From NCBI GenBank assembly GCA_964429195.1, contig CAYSBC010000002.1, positions 10,183 to 74,182 of the forward strand: a DNA stretch of 64,000 nucleotides, read 5' to 3'. The notes beneath the pieces are model-generated. The model searched no databases, was not told the DNA's origin, and saw only the letters and a list, made by a program, of their open reading frames with translations. Within the stretch, counting starts at the first letter, position 1. Each line of letters starts with the position of its first letter. Source of the DNA: an uncultured Eubacteriales bacterium (GTDB lineage Bacteria > Bacillota > Clostridia > Peptostreptococcales > JAAYPU01). This document shows, piece by piece, positions 30,359 through 38,508 of the stretch. Made by a program: the position numbers and the translations under genes.

Positions 30359-30401
30359 ATAAACATTAAAGATTCAATATTTTTTGTAAAAGGAGAGTTG
30401 T

Positions 30402-32369
30402 ATGTTTTCTAAGAAAGAACGTTCCATTATAAGAGACTCCTGGAATAAATTCTTCAAGCTTGATCTTACTGAAAATTTAGAAGTCAGGCAAGATATTCTC
30501 GACTCATGGACAAGGTGTAGCCAGGCCATGGTCCCTTACGATTTAGAAGAATTGCCTTCGATAACTCAATCAGAAACTAACCGGCTTATCGCGGAAAATA
30601 AGGAATTAATTGATATCGTAACGCCCTACATTATGAATATTTATGATATTTTAAAGGGTTCCGAATGCGCTGTATGGTTTTGTAATGAAAATGGTATAGT
30701 CTTAAATTCTATTTGTGATGACCTTTTATTAAAAAAGGTGCCCTCTATGGCAGCATTATTAGGTACTGATTTTCATGAATTGTCCTATGGGACTAATGCA
30801 GTAGGTACTTGCCTTTACTTGGATAAGTCTTTCCACCTTCAAGCCGAAGAACATTACAATATGATTTCTCATGAATGGGTATGCTCCGCATCCCCTATCC
30901 ATAATGAGAATAAAGAAATTATTGGATGCATCAATATCGCAACTCTATCACGAAGCATGAATGCTTACTCACCAGGCATGGTTACGGCTTTTGCTACTGC
31001 TATAGAGAAACAGTTTATACTAGAGAATTCCTGGAAAGAACAGTTCCAGATGAATAATCGCCTTCATGCTACTATCAATACCTTTTCTGAAGGCATCATA
31101 ACCATATCCAAAAACAAGACAATCCTTTATATCAATAATCTTGCTAAAGATATGCTCGATTTGAATAACAAAACTCTTGTTAGTCAACAATTTGATACCT
31201 TGATTGAAACAGACTTAAACCTTGATGGAATTTTATCCTCTAGTGTCCCCCTAAAAAATCATAATTCTCGTTTTTGGGTCGACAATAAAGAGTCTCATCT
31301 TAATGTGAATACATCCTATTTTAAAGATAGCACGGGAGCCATCCAAGGAATGGTTATTGCTCTGACACCTTCTAAAGCCATCAAAAAAATTATAGATAGC
31401 AAAAAGTCGGCTAGAGCAATTTATTCTTTTGAAGATATTATCGGAGACTCCTCCTTAATGAAAGAAACGATTAAACTTGCTAAAATAGCTTCCAATAGCA
31501 CTTCCAGCGTTCTATTGTTAGGGGAAAGCGGTACTGGTAAAGAATTATTTGCACAGGCCATCCATAACCAAAGTAACAGAAGGCTTGGCCCTTTTATTGC
31601 TGTCAACTGTGGGGGCTTATCCAAGAACCTTATCGAAAGCGAGCTCTTCGGCTATGAGGGTGGCTCTTTTACAGGGGCAAAAAAGGAAGGAAGTCCGGGC
31701 AAATTTGAACTGGCCGACGGTGGCACATTGTTCTTAGACGAAATTGGGGAAATGCCTTATGACTCCCAATCCACATTATTGCGAGTTCTTCAAGATAAAG
31801 AGATCATCCGAGTTGGTGGTATAACCGGTAAAAAAGTGGATGTGCGAATCATTGCAGCTACAAATAAAAATTTAAATGAGGCTATCAAGAACAATATCTT
31901 CCGTCCGGACCTTTATTACAGGCTCAGTGTTTTTATCAATTACATTCCACCACTCAGAAAGCGAAAGGATGATATCCTCCCCTTGTCTCATCATTTTCTC
32001 AGAAAATACAGTGACCTTATGGAAAAGCCGATTTACGGTTTTTCATCGGAATGCATCGATTATTTACTAAGTTATAATTGGCCGGGAAATATTAGGGAAC
32101 TGGAAAACATGATTGAAAGAGCTGTCAATGTCACTCAAAAAAATACAATCGAATTAAAAGATCTGGACCCAACTCTGATTATAGATGATTGGAAAACTGA
32201 AGACACCCTGCATTTAGAATCAAAAAACTTTATTGAATTTGAACTATCGACTACTCTGCAAAAGTTTAACGGTAATATAAAAAAGACTGCAGAGTATCTG
32301 AATGTTTCTAGAAAAACTATTTATGACCGCATACAAAGATTCAACATTGACCTAAAAAAATACAGATGA
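30402..32369 (+). CDS. Sigma-54-dependent transcriptional activator (sensor domain-PAS-AAA+-HTH)
   Basis: 655 aa. Walker A GESGTGKE, GAFTGA-type loop GGSFTGA, Walker B LFLDEIGE, and a C-terminal Fis-type HTH (NIKKTAEYLNVSRKTIYDRI). Confidence 0.9.
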   Translation: MFSKKERSIIRDSWNKFFKLDLTENLEVRQDILDSWTRCSQAMVPYDLEELPSITQSETNRLIAENKELIDIVTPYIMNIYDILKGSECAVWFCNENGIVLNSICDDLLLKKVPSMAALLGTDFHELSYGTNAVGTCLYLDKSFHLQAEEHYNMISHEWVCSASPIHNENKEIIGCINIATLSRSMNAYSPGMVTAFATAIEKQFILENSWKEQFQMNNRLHATINTFSEGIITISKNKTILYINNLAKDMLDLNNKTLVSQQFDTLIETDLNLDGILSSSVPLKNHNSRFWVDNKESHLNVNTSYFKDSTGAIQGMVIALTPSKAIKKIIDSKKSARAIYSFEDIIGDSSLMKETIKLAKIASNSTSSVLLLGESGTGKELFAQAIHNQSNRRLGPFIAVNCGGLSKNLIESELFGYEGGSFTGAKKEGSPGKFELADGGTLFLDEIGEMPYDSQSTLLRVLQDKEIIRVGGITGKKVDVRIIAATNKNLNEAIKNNIFRPDLYYRLSVFINYIPPLRKRKDDILPLSHHFLRKYSDLMEKPIYGFSSECIDYLLSYNWPGNIRELENMIERAVNVTQKNTIELKDLDPTLIIDDWKTEDTLHLESKNFIEFELSTTLQKFNGNIKKTAEYLNVSRKTIYDRIQRFNIDLKKYR

Positions 32370-32440
32370 ATCCCTTCATTTATTCTATAAAGGAGTATAA
32401 TGTGAATTAACAGCAGAAATAGCTATGCGAGGTGTGAAAA

Positions 32441-33733
32441 ATGAACTTAGCAAAATCCTATGGAAAGCTGGTAAAAAAAAGACTAAATAAACCCCAGTCA
32501 GCTTTATCCCTAATTCAATTAGCAGCTTCATTGGAACTTATGAGGTGGTCAAAATTCCCTGATAAGACTATCCCTCCATCCTTTCGTTATCTTTACAAAA
32601 CCATGTTTCAATACATTCTTGAGCCCATGCAAAACTCTGGGAAATCAGCCTTTGTTAACCTTTTCGCACCTTGTGAGATTTTACATGCCTTCAAAATATA
32701 TCCCTTGTTCATTGAAGCCATGTCAAACTTCCTTGCCGGACTGTATTGTGAAGACACCTTCATTGATTTAGCTGAAAATATTGGCATTTCTGAAACCCTT
32801 TGCAGCTACCACAAAACATTCCTTGGAGCTGCAGAAAAAGAAATACTCCCAAAACTTCAATTCTCAGTGACTACAACCATGATTTGCGATGCTAACATCA
32901 ATACTTTTAAAAGGATTTCAGAAAAGCAGAATATTCCTTGCTATATCTTGGATATTCCTTATGAATATAATCAGGATACTGAGCAATATGTTAAAGAACA
33001 ACTGATTGAAATGACAAATATGATAGAGGAAATCACTCACACAAAGTTTGATCTTGACCAATTGAGGGAAGTACTCACTCTAGAAAACGAAACAAAAAAA
33101 TACATAAAAGATTCTTTAAGTCTTCTTTCAACACGTCATTATCCAAGCCTTATAACCTTAGAAATGGCCAAGCTCATGTTAACCCATTCCGGTATAGGTA
33201 GAAAAGAAAGTCTGGATTTCTTTAAAATGTATCATCAAGAGCTTACAAATGCTCCTGCAAAAAAAGGGCCTTCAGTGCTTTGGGTCCATACCATACCCAC
33301 CTACGAGGAAACCATAAGACAGCTCTTTAACTTAAGTCCGGAATATAATTTTTTAGGTATGGATATTAATTATGATTACATGGAAATGTTGGATGTGAAT
33401 GACCCTTTTAAAGCTATTGCAAGAAAATTATTAAAGAATGCTTATAATGGTGATATCTCTTATAGAATTAATTCCTTGCTGAAACTCATTGAAATGACGA
33501 AAACAGATGGCGTCATCAACCTATGTCAATGGGGATGCAAACAATCCATCGGTACCATCCATCTTTTAAAAGAGGCTTTAAAGAATAAAAACATTCCTTA
33601 TCTTCCTATTGATGGTGATGGTGCTGACAGAAGAAACACCCCTTCCGGTCAAATCAGAACAAGAGTTGAAGCCTTTCTTGAAATTTTAAATACCCAATAC
33701 AAGGAGAAAAAAAATGATTGGTTATGTGTGTAA
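32441..33733 (+). CDS. 2-hydroxyacyl-CoA dehydratase family subunit (HgdA/BcrC-like)
   Basis: 430 aa. HGD-D family features with conserved Cys (LCSYHK, MICD) and the C-terminal motif GQIRTRVEAFLE. RBS GAGGTG. Confidence 0.75.
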   Translation: MNLAKSYGKLVKKRLNKPQSALSLIQLAASLELMRWSKFPDKTIPPSFRYLYKTMFQYILEPMQNSGKSAFVNLFAPCEILHAFKIYPLFIEAMSNFLAGLYCEDTFIDLAENIGISETLCSYHKTFLGAAEKEILPKLQFSVTTTMICDANINTFKRISEKQNIPCYILDIPYEYNQDTEQYVKEQLIEMTNMIEEITHTKFDLDQLREVLTLENETKKYIKDSLSLLSTRHYPSLITLEMAKLMLTHSGIGRKESLDFFKMYHQELTNAPAKKGPSVLWVHTIPTYEETIRQLFNLSPEYNFLGMDINYDYMEMLDVNDPFKAIARKLLKNAYNGDISYRINSLLKLIEMTKTDGVINLCQWGCKQSIGTIHLLKEALKNKNIPYLPIDGDGADRRNTPSGQIRTRVEAFLEILNTQYKEKKNDWLCV

Positions 33734-35411
33734 ATATACGCCTATTCACATCATAAAAGCATGTGGTGAAAATCCTGTACTCATCGAACCTCATATTTCT
33801 AATTTTGATCATGCAGATGCTCTTCTTCATAGTAATATGTGCACCTATAGTAAGGCTATATTGGAGGAAAGTATCAAAAATAAAATAGACAAAATTATTC
33901 TTATCAATTGCTGTGATAGCATAAGAAGATTATACGATGTCCTCAAGAAAAATCCTAACATACGCTATATTTATCTATTAGACTTGCCTCAAAAGTGCAA
34001 TTCATGCTCAAAAGAGCTATTTTATAAAGGAATAAAGGATTTTATCCTCAGTCTTGAAGAAGAGCTGCACACTTGTTTCGATGCCGAAGGCTTTAAAAAA
34101 TCCCTTCAAGAAGACTTATCCCAAGATTCCGGTGATGCCTTAGTAAAGGAACAAATCAATATTGCATTGATAGGTGCACGCTACTCACAAAGCTTGATGG
34201 ACCTCATTCAACAATATGATGTCCATATCAAGTATAATCTTACATGCGCCAATCGCTCACTTGATTCCTTTAACTTGGAAGAAGCTGATTTAATTCGCGA
34301 GTATTCTGAGCAACTCCTCAATCAATATCCTTGTATGCGCATGTCTGAAACAGAAAGAAGACACGAGGTCCTGTTTCAGGATAAAGAACTGGATGGTATC
34401 ATCTATCATACTATCAAATTCTGCGACTATTATGGGTATGACTTTGCTAACCTAAAAAAGAAAAGCATACCACCCTTGTTGAAGATTGAAACAGACTCCA
34501 CTATACAATCAGAGGGGCAACTTCATACTAGAATTGAAGCTTTCTTGGAATCCTTAAATGTCAGAAAAGCATCTTCTATTGGGCCTTATAAAAGAGCTGC
34601 TCCTTCTCCTACTCATTTTATGAAGGATACAACTCTAGTAGCCGGTATTGATATAGGATCTACTTCTACAAATGTTGTCCTGCTGGATAAGAACAAGAGT
34701 ATACTCGCTTCATCGATTGTCAAAACAGGTGCAAAAAGTATAGAGGCTGCCCATAATGCCTTATCTGAAGCTCTGTCAAAGGCCGGGCTCCATAGAAATG
34801 CAATAAAATACATTGTATCTACTGGCTATGGACGCATAAGTTTGCCTTTTGCTGATGAGGAAGTCACAGAAATCACTTGTCATGGAAAAGGTGCCCATTT
34901 TGTTTTTCCTTCTATCAGAACCATCATTGACATTGGCGGGCAAGATAGCAAAGCGATTAAGCTTGATATCCAAGGCAATGTCAAGGATTTTGCCATGAAT
35001 GATAAATGTGCGGCAGGGACAGGCCGATTCTTAGACATGCTCACAAAAACCCTTGACATTCAACTGCCTTCTATAGGTCAAGAATCCCTAAAATGGAAAA
35101 AGCACATTACTATTTCTAGTATGTGCGCAGTTTTTGCTGAATCTGAAATTATCTCATTAATTGCGAAAAACACTGAGTTGCCCGACATTCTCCATGGTGT
35201 ATGCGATTCTATTGCCGGTAAAACAACGGTATTGCTGCGTCGTATAGGCGGAGAACCTCCCTATATGATGACAGGCGGTGTTGCCAAAAACATTGGCATC
35301 ATCCGATGTCTTGAAGACAAACTAGCCCAGAGCATTTTTGTTCCTGAGGAACCCCAAATCATTGGTGCCTTAGGTGCCGCATTGATTGCCCAAGAGAAAT
35401 ATTGGGGCTAG
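33714..35411 (+). CDS. Fusion protein: 2-hydroxyacyl-CoA dehydratase beta-like subunit (N-terminal, about 285 aa) joined to a BcrAD/BadFG/HgdC-type activase ATPase (C-terminal, about 260 aa)
   Basis: The N-terminal part (YVCKYTPIHIIKACG, INCCDS, FCDYYGYD) ends in GQLHTRIEAFLE, as the alpha subunit does. After a linker of about 25 aa comes AGIDIGSTSTNVVLL, DIGGQDSKAI, NDKCAAGTGRFL and MTGGVAKN, typical of activases. AAGGAG lies 7 nt upstream. The gene overlaps the upstream gene by 20 nt. Confidence 0.8.
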   Translation: MIGYVCKYTPIHIIKACGENPVLIEPHISNFDHADALLHSNMCTYSKAILEESIKNKIDKIILINCCDSIRRLYDVLKKNPNIRYIYLLDLPQKCNSCSKELFYKGIKDFILSLEEELHTCFDAEGFKKSLQEDLSQDSGDALVKEQINIALIGARYSQSLMDLIQQYDVHIKYNLTCANRSLDSFNLEEADLIREYSEQLLNQYPCMRMSETERRHEVLFQDKELDGIIYHTIKFCDYYGYDFANLKKKSIPPLLKIETDSTIQSEGQLHTRIEAFLESLNVRKASSIGPYKRAAPSPTHFMKDTTLVAGIDIGSTSTNVVLLDKNKSILASSIVKTGAKSIEAAHNALSEALSKAGLHRNAIKYIVSTGYGRISLPFADEEVTEITCHGKGAHFVFPSIRTIIDIGGQDSKAIKLDIQGNVKDFAMNDKCAAGTGRFLDMLTKTLDIQLPSIGQESLKWKKHITISSMCAVFAESEIISLIAKNTELPDILHGVCDSIAGKTTVLLRRIGGEPPYMMTGGVAKNIGIIRCLEDKLAQSIFVPEEPQIIGALGAALIAQEKYWG

Positions 35412-35446
35412 TCCCATCCGGGACTTTGCCCTCCATCACCTTTGAG

Positions 35447-36325
35447 TTATAACATTCTAAACATATCATCCTTCAACAAATGCACATTTTTCTTTGCAGA
35501 GGTAATTTTAGCTAAGAGCATCTCCTTATCCTGGGGCAAAGTACCCTTCAAAGATAAATAGTTGGAAGCATGATTCATTCTGAACACACATTCTGCTCCT
35601 GGCTTTAGGTCAATATTCTTTATAATATCTTCTGTTTCCTCTAAAACTTCTAAAGGGGATAGCAGTTCAAATCTACCCGCATCGAGATCCGCCCTCATTT
35701 CAGTGTCTCTATCCAACATGAGGGTCAAAACTCCTACATAGTCAGGGCTTATCTCGCCTATTATTTTTCCGGTTTCAGCACCATGCTCCTTGGTTAAGGC
35801 CTTACCTCCAAGCCCTGATATCAGGGTTATGGAAAGCTTAATCTTTGTTTCTTTTAATTTCCTTCCGGCTTTGACCATGTCTGCTCTTGGAACACCCTTT
35901 TTCGTAGCTGTAATGACGGCTTCACTTCCTGATTCTACACCCATGTAAACAATGCTTAAACCATGTTCATAAAGTAAATTCAGCTCATCCAGGCTTTTCC
36001 TCAAAATGTCCTTCGGAGTTCCATAAATGCCAACGCGCTTGCACTCAGGGAACAACTCTTTTATTTTATCCAGAATAAGGATTAAATGCTCTGTTTTTAA
36101 GACTAAAGCATCTCCGTCTGCTAAAAATATTCTCTCCACATAACGATAGTATCTTCTGGCCGCCTCCAAATCCTGAATGACCTCTTCCAACTTTCGAATT
36201 CTAAACTTTTTATCGATATACATGCTACAGAAGGTGCATGTATTATTGGCGCATCCTATGGTAATCTGTATAATTAAACTTCTGGCTTCACTGGGGGGTC
36301 TATAAACTGTACCTTCATATCTCAT
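35447..36325 (-). CDS. Radical SAM domain protein, function unknown
   Basis: 292 aa. N-terminus YEGTVYRPPSEARSL, then the cluster motif GCANNTCTFC, which reads as CX4CX2C in this translation. TIM-barrel-like remainder. Confidence 0.7.
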   Translation of the reverse strand: MRYEGTVYRPPSEARSLIIQITIGCANNTCTFCSMYIDKKFRIRKLEEVIQDLEAARRYYRYVERIFLADGDALVLKTEHLILILDKIKELFPECKRVGIYGTPKDILRKSLDELNLLYEHGLSIVYMGVESGSEAVITATKKGVPRADMVKAGRKLKETKIKLSITLISGLGGKALTKEHGAETGKIIGEISPDYVGVLTLMLDRDTEMRADLDAGRFELLSPLEVLEETEDIIKNIDLKPGAECVFRMNHASNYLSLKGTLPQDKEMLLAKITSAKKNVHLLKDDMFRML

Positions 36326-36330
36326 CCCTA

Positions 36331-38028
36331 TTACATCCTTTCCGGAGCTTCAACTCCCAATAATTTAAGTCCATTAGCTATAGCTTGCTTTGCTGCATAA
36401 ACCAAGACTAATCTTGCATTGCGTATGTTATCATCTTCCACCAAGACATGATTTTCATGATAAAACCGATTAAAGCCTTGGGCAATATCAATAATATGCC
36501 TTGTAATAATTGAGGGCTCATATTTTTCAGCAGCATCACAAATGATTTGCGGTAACTGATGAATCAACTTTGCCAGCTCAAATTCTAAAGTATTGGCCAA
36601 AACAGAGTAGTCTATATTTTCAATACTCTCTAAATTGCCATTTCTGAGCAAACTACAAGCTCTTGCATGGGTATATTGAACATAAGGGCCTGTTTCTCCT
36701 TCGAAGCTAAGGGTTTTCTCCCAGGAAAAGGCATAATCTTTAATTCTGTTATTCGAAAGCTCTTGAAAAATAATGGCTCCAATCCCAACTTGTCTTGATA
36801 CTTCATCGATTAATTCTGTATTCACATTTTTTTCTTCAATAATCTTTCGTGTCTGCTCGATAGACCTCTTGAGTACGTCTTCTAAAAATACAACGCGCCC
36901 TTTTCGAGTGGACATAGCGCCTTCATCTAAGCTCACCATACCAAAAGGTACATGAACACAATCTTTTGCCCAGTCGTAGCCCATTAATTCTATGATTTTA
37001 ATCCATTGTTGAAAATGCAGTGTTTGCTGGGAACCTACAACATAAATGTTTTTATAAAAATCATAATGTTCTTTTCTGTAAATAGCTGCTGCAAGATCCC
37101 TGGTGATGTACAAAGTGGAACCGTCCTTTTTCGTGATTAAGGCCGGTGTTAAATTATATTCCTCTAAATTCACAATTTCAGCTCCATCAGATTTTTCTAG
37201 GAGGTTCTTATTCCTAAGTTCCTCTAAGACTCTGATCATTTTCCCAGAGTAAAAGCTTTCTCCTGCATAGGAATCAAAGTGAATACCTAGCATCTCATAG
37301 ACCCTGTTAAATTCTACAAGGCTTACATCCCTAAACCATTGCCATAGTTCAGTCGCTTCTTTGTCGCCATCCTCCAGTTTTTTAAACCATGCTCTAGCTT
37401 CATCATCAAGCTCAGGCTGGGTTTCTGCCTCTTCATGGTAATGCACGTAGATCTTAAGAAGCTCATTGATAGGATCCTTTTCTATAACCTCTGCTTTTCC
37501 CCAAAGCTTAAAGGCTACAATGAGTTTCCCAAACTGAGTCCCATAATCCCCAAGGTGATTAATGGAAACAGTATCGTATCCTACATATTGATAGATATTA
37601 TTCAAAGCATTCCCTATGAGAGTACTTCGAATATGCCCTATATGAAAGGGTTTTGCTATGTTAACCGATGAAAATTCAACAATAACCCTTTTTCCGCTTC
37701 CTACATCGGTTGATCCAAAATTCTCTTGATCCTTATAAACCTGCTGAATCGTATCCTTAATAAAGAATTCTTTATTAATAAAAAAATTGACATAAGCATT
37801 GACACTCTCAACCTTATCCAAAACTTTATCATGAATGTTTTCAGCAATTTCTTTGGCAATCAGCGGCGGTGCCTTTTTATAGGCTTTGGCCAGTTTGAAA
37901 CAAGGGAATGCATAATCACCCATTTTAGAATCTGTCGGAATTTCTATCATTTCCTCAATTTCATTCATTCCCAACATTTCTATTTGCTTGCTCAATAATT
38001 CAGCCAATTCCTTCTTATAATTTATCAT
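36331..38028 (-). CDS. argS: Arginine--tRNA ligase
   Basis: 565 aa. HIGH-type motif (PFHIGHIRS) and a C-terminal anticodon-binding DALR domain. Confidence 0.95.
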   Translation of the reverse strand: MINYKKELAELLSKQIEMLGMNEIEEMIEIPTDSKMGDYAFPCFKLAKAYKKAPPLIAKEIAENIHDKVLDKVESVNAYVNFFINKEFFIKDTIQQVYKDQENFGSTDVGSGKRVIVEFSSVNIAKPFHIGHIRSTLIGNALNNIYQYVGYDTVSINHLGDYGTQFGKLIVAFKLWGKAEVIEKDPINELLKIYVHYHEEAETQPELDDEARAWFKKLEDGDKEATELWQWFRDVSLVEFNRVYEMLGIHFDSYAGESFYSGKMIRVLEELRNKNLLEKSDGAEIVNLEEYNLTPALITKKDGSTLYITRDLAAAIYRKEHYDFYKNIYVVGSQQTLHFQQWIKIIELMGYDWAKDCVHVPFGMVSLDEGAMSTRKGRVVFLEDVLKRSIEQTRKIIEEKNVNTELIDEVSRQVGIGAIIFQELSNNRIKDYAFSWEKTLSFEGETGPYVQYTHARACSLLRNGNLESIENIDYSVLANTLEFELAKLIHQLPQIICDAAEKYEPSIITRHIIDIAQGFNRFYHENHVLVEDDNIRNARLVLVYAAKQAIANGLKLLGVEAPERM

Positions 38029-38063
38029 TTATCCGTCTCCTCTATTCATATTATGTCAAGAAA

Positions 38064-38498
38064 CTATTCATTGACAACTTCTATACCATTCTGTTTTAGC
38101 AGAGCGGCCGTTACTCCGTCTCCACTGATTTTTTTGCCCGTAAAGGTACCATCGTAAATTTGACCGCTTCCACAGGAAGGACTGTTACTTTTGAGTATAG
38201 CCTTGGTTGCGCCACTGGATTTGGCTATCTGCAAGATTATCCTAGCCCCTTGTATAAATTCCTTTGTCACGTCTTTTCCTTCTTTGTTCATTACCTTTGC
38301 ATTGCCTTCCAGTACATCCCTTCCATCACCGCCTACTATTTCTGCAGGTGATCTAGGAATTAAAAGTCCTCCTTCGACCTCAGGACATATCTGAATTATT
38401 TCTTCATTTTTTATAGGAGAGATTATATTTTCATTGAGATTGTTTCCTCCATTATATTTACAGTTTTCACCTAACAAACATGCACTTACCAATATCAT
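38064..38498 (-). CDS. DUF523-family protein (TudS-like)
   Basis: 144 aa. MILVSACLLGENCKYNGG, PEVEGGL, and SPSCG motifs as I recall them for DUF523. Confidence 0.7.
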   Translation of the reverse strand: MILVSACLLGENCKYNGGNNLNENIISPIKNEEIIQICPEVEGGLLIPRSPAEIVGGDGRDVLEGNAKVMNKEGKDVTKEFIQGARIILQIAKSSGATKAILKSNSPSCGSGQIYDGTFTGKKISGDGVTAALLKQNGIEVVNE

Positions 38499-38508
38499 TT
38501 TGCTCTCC

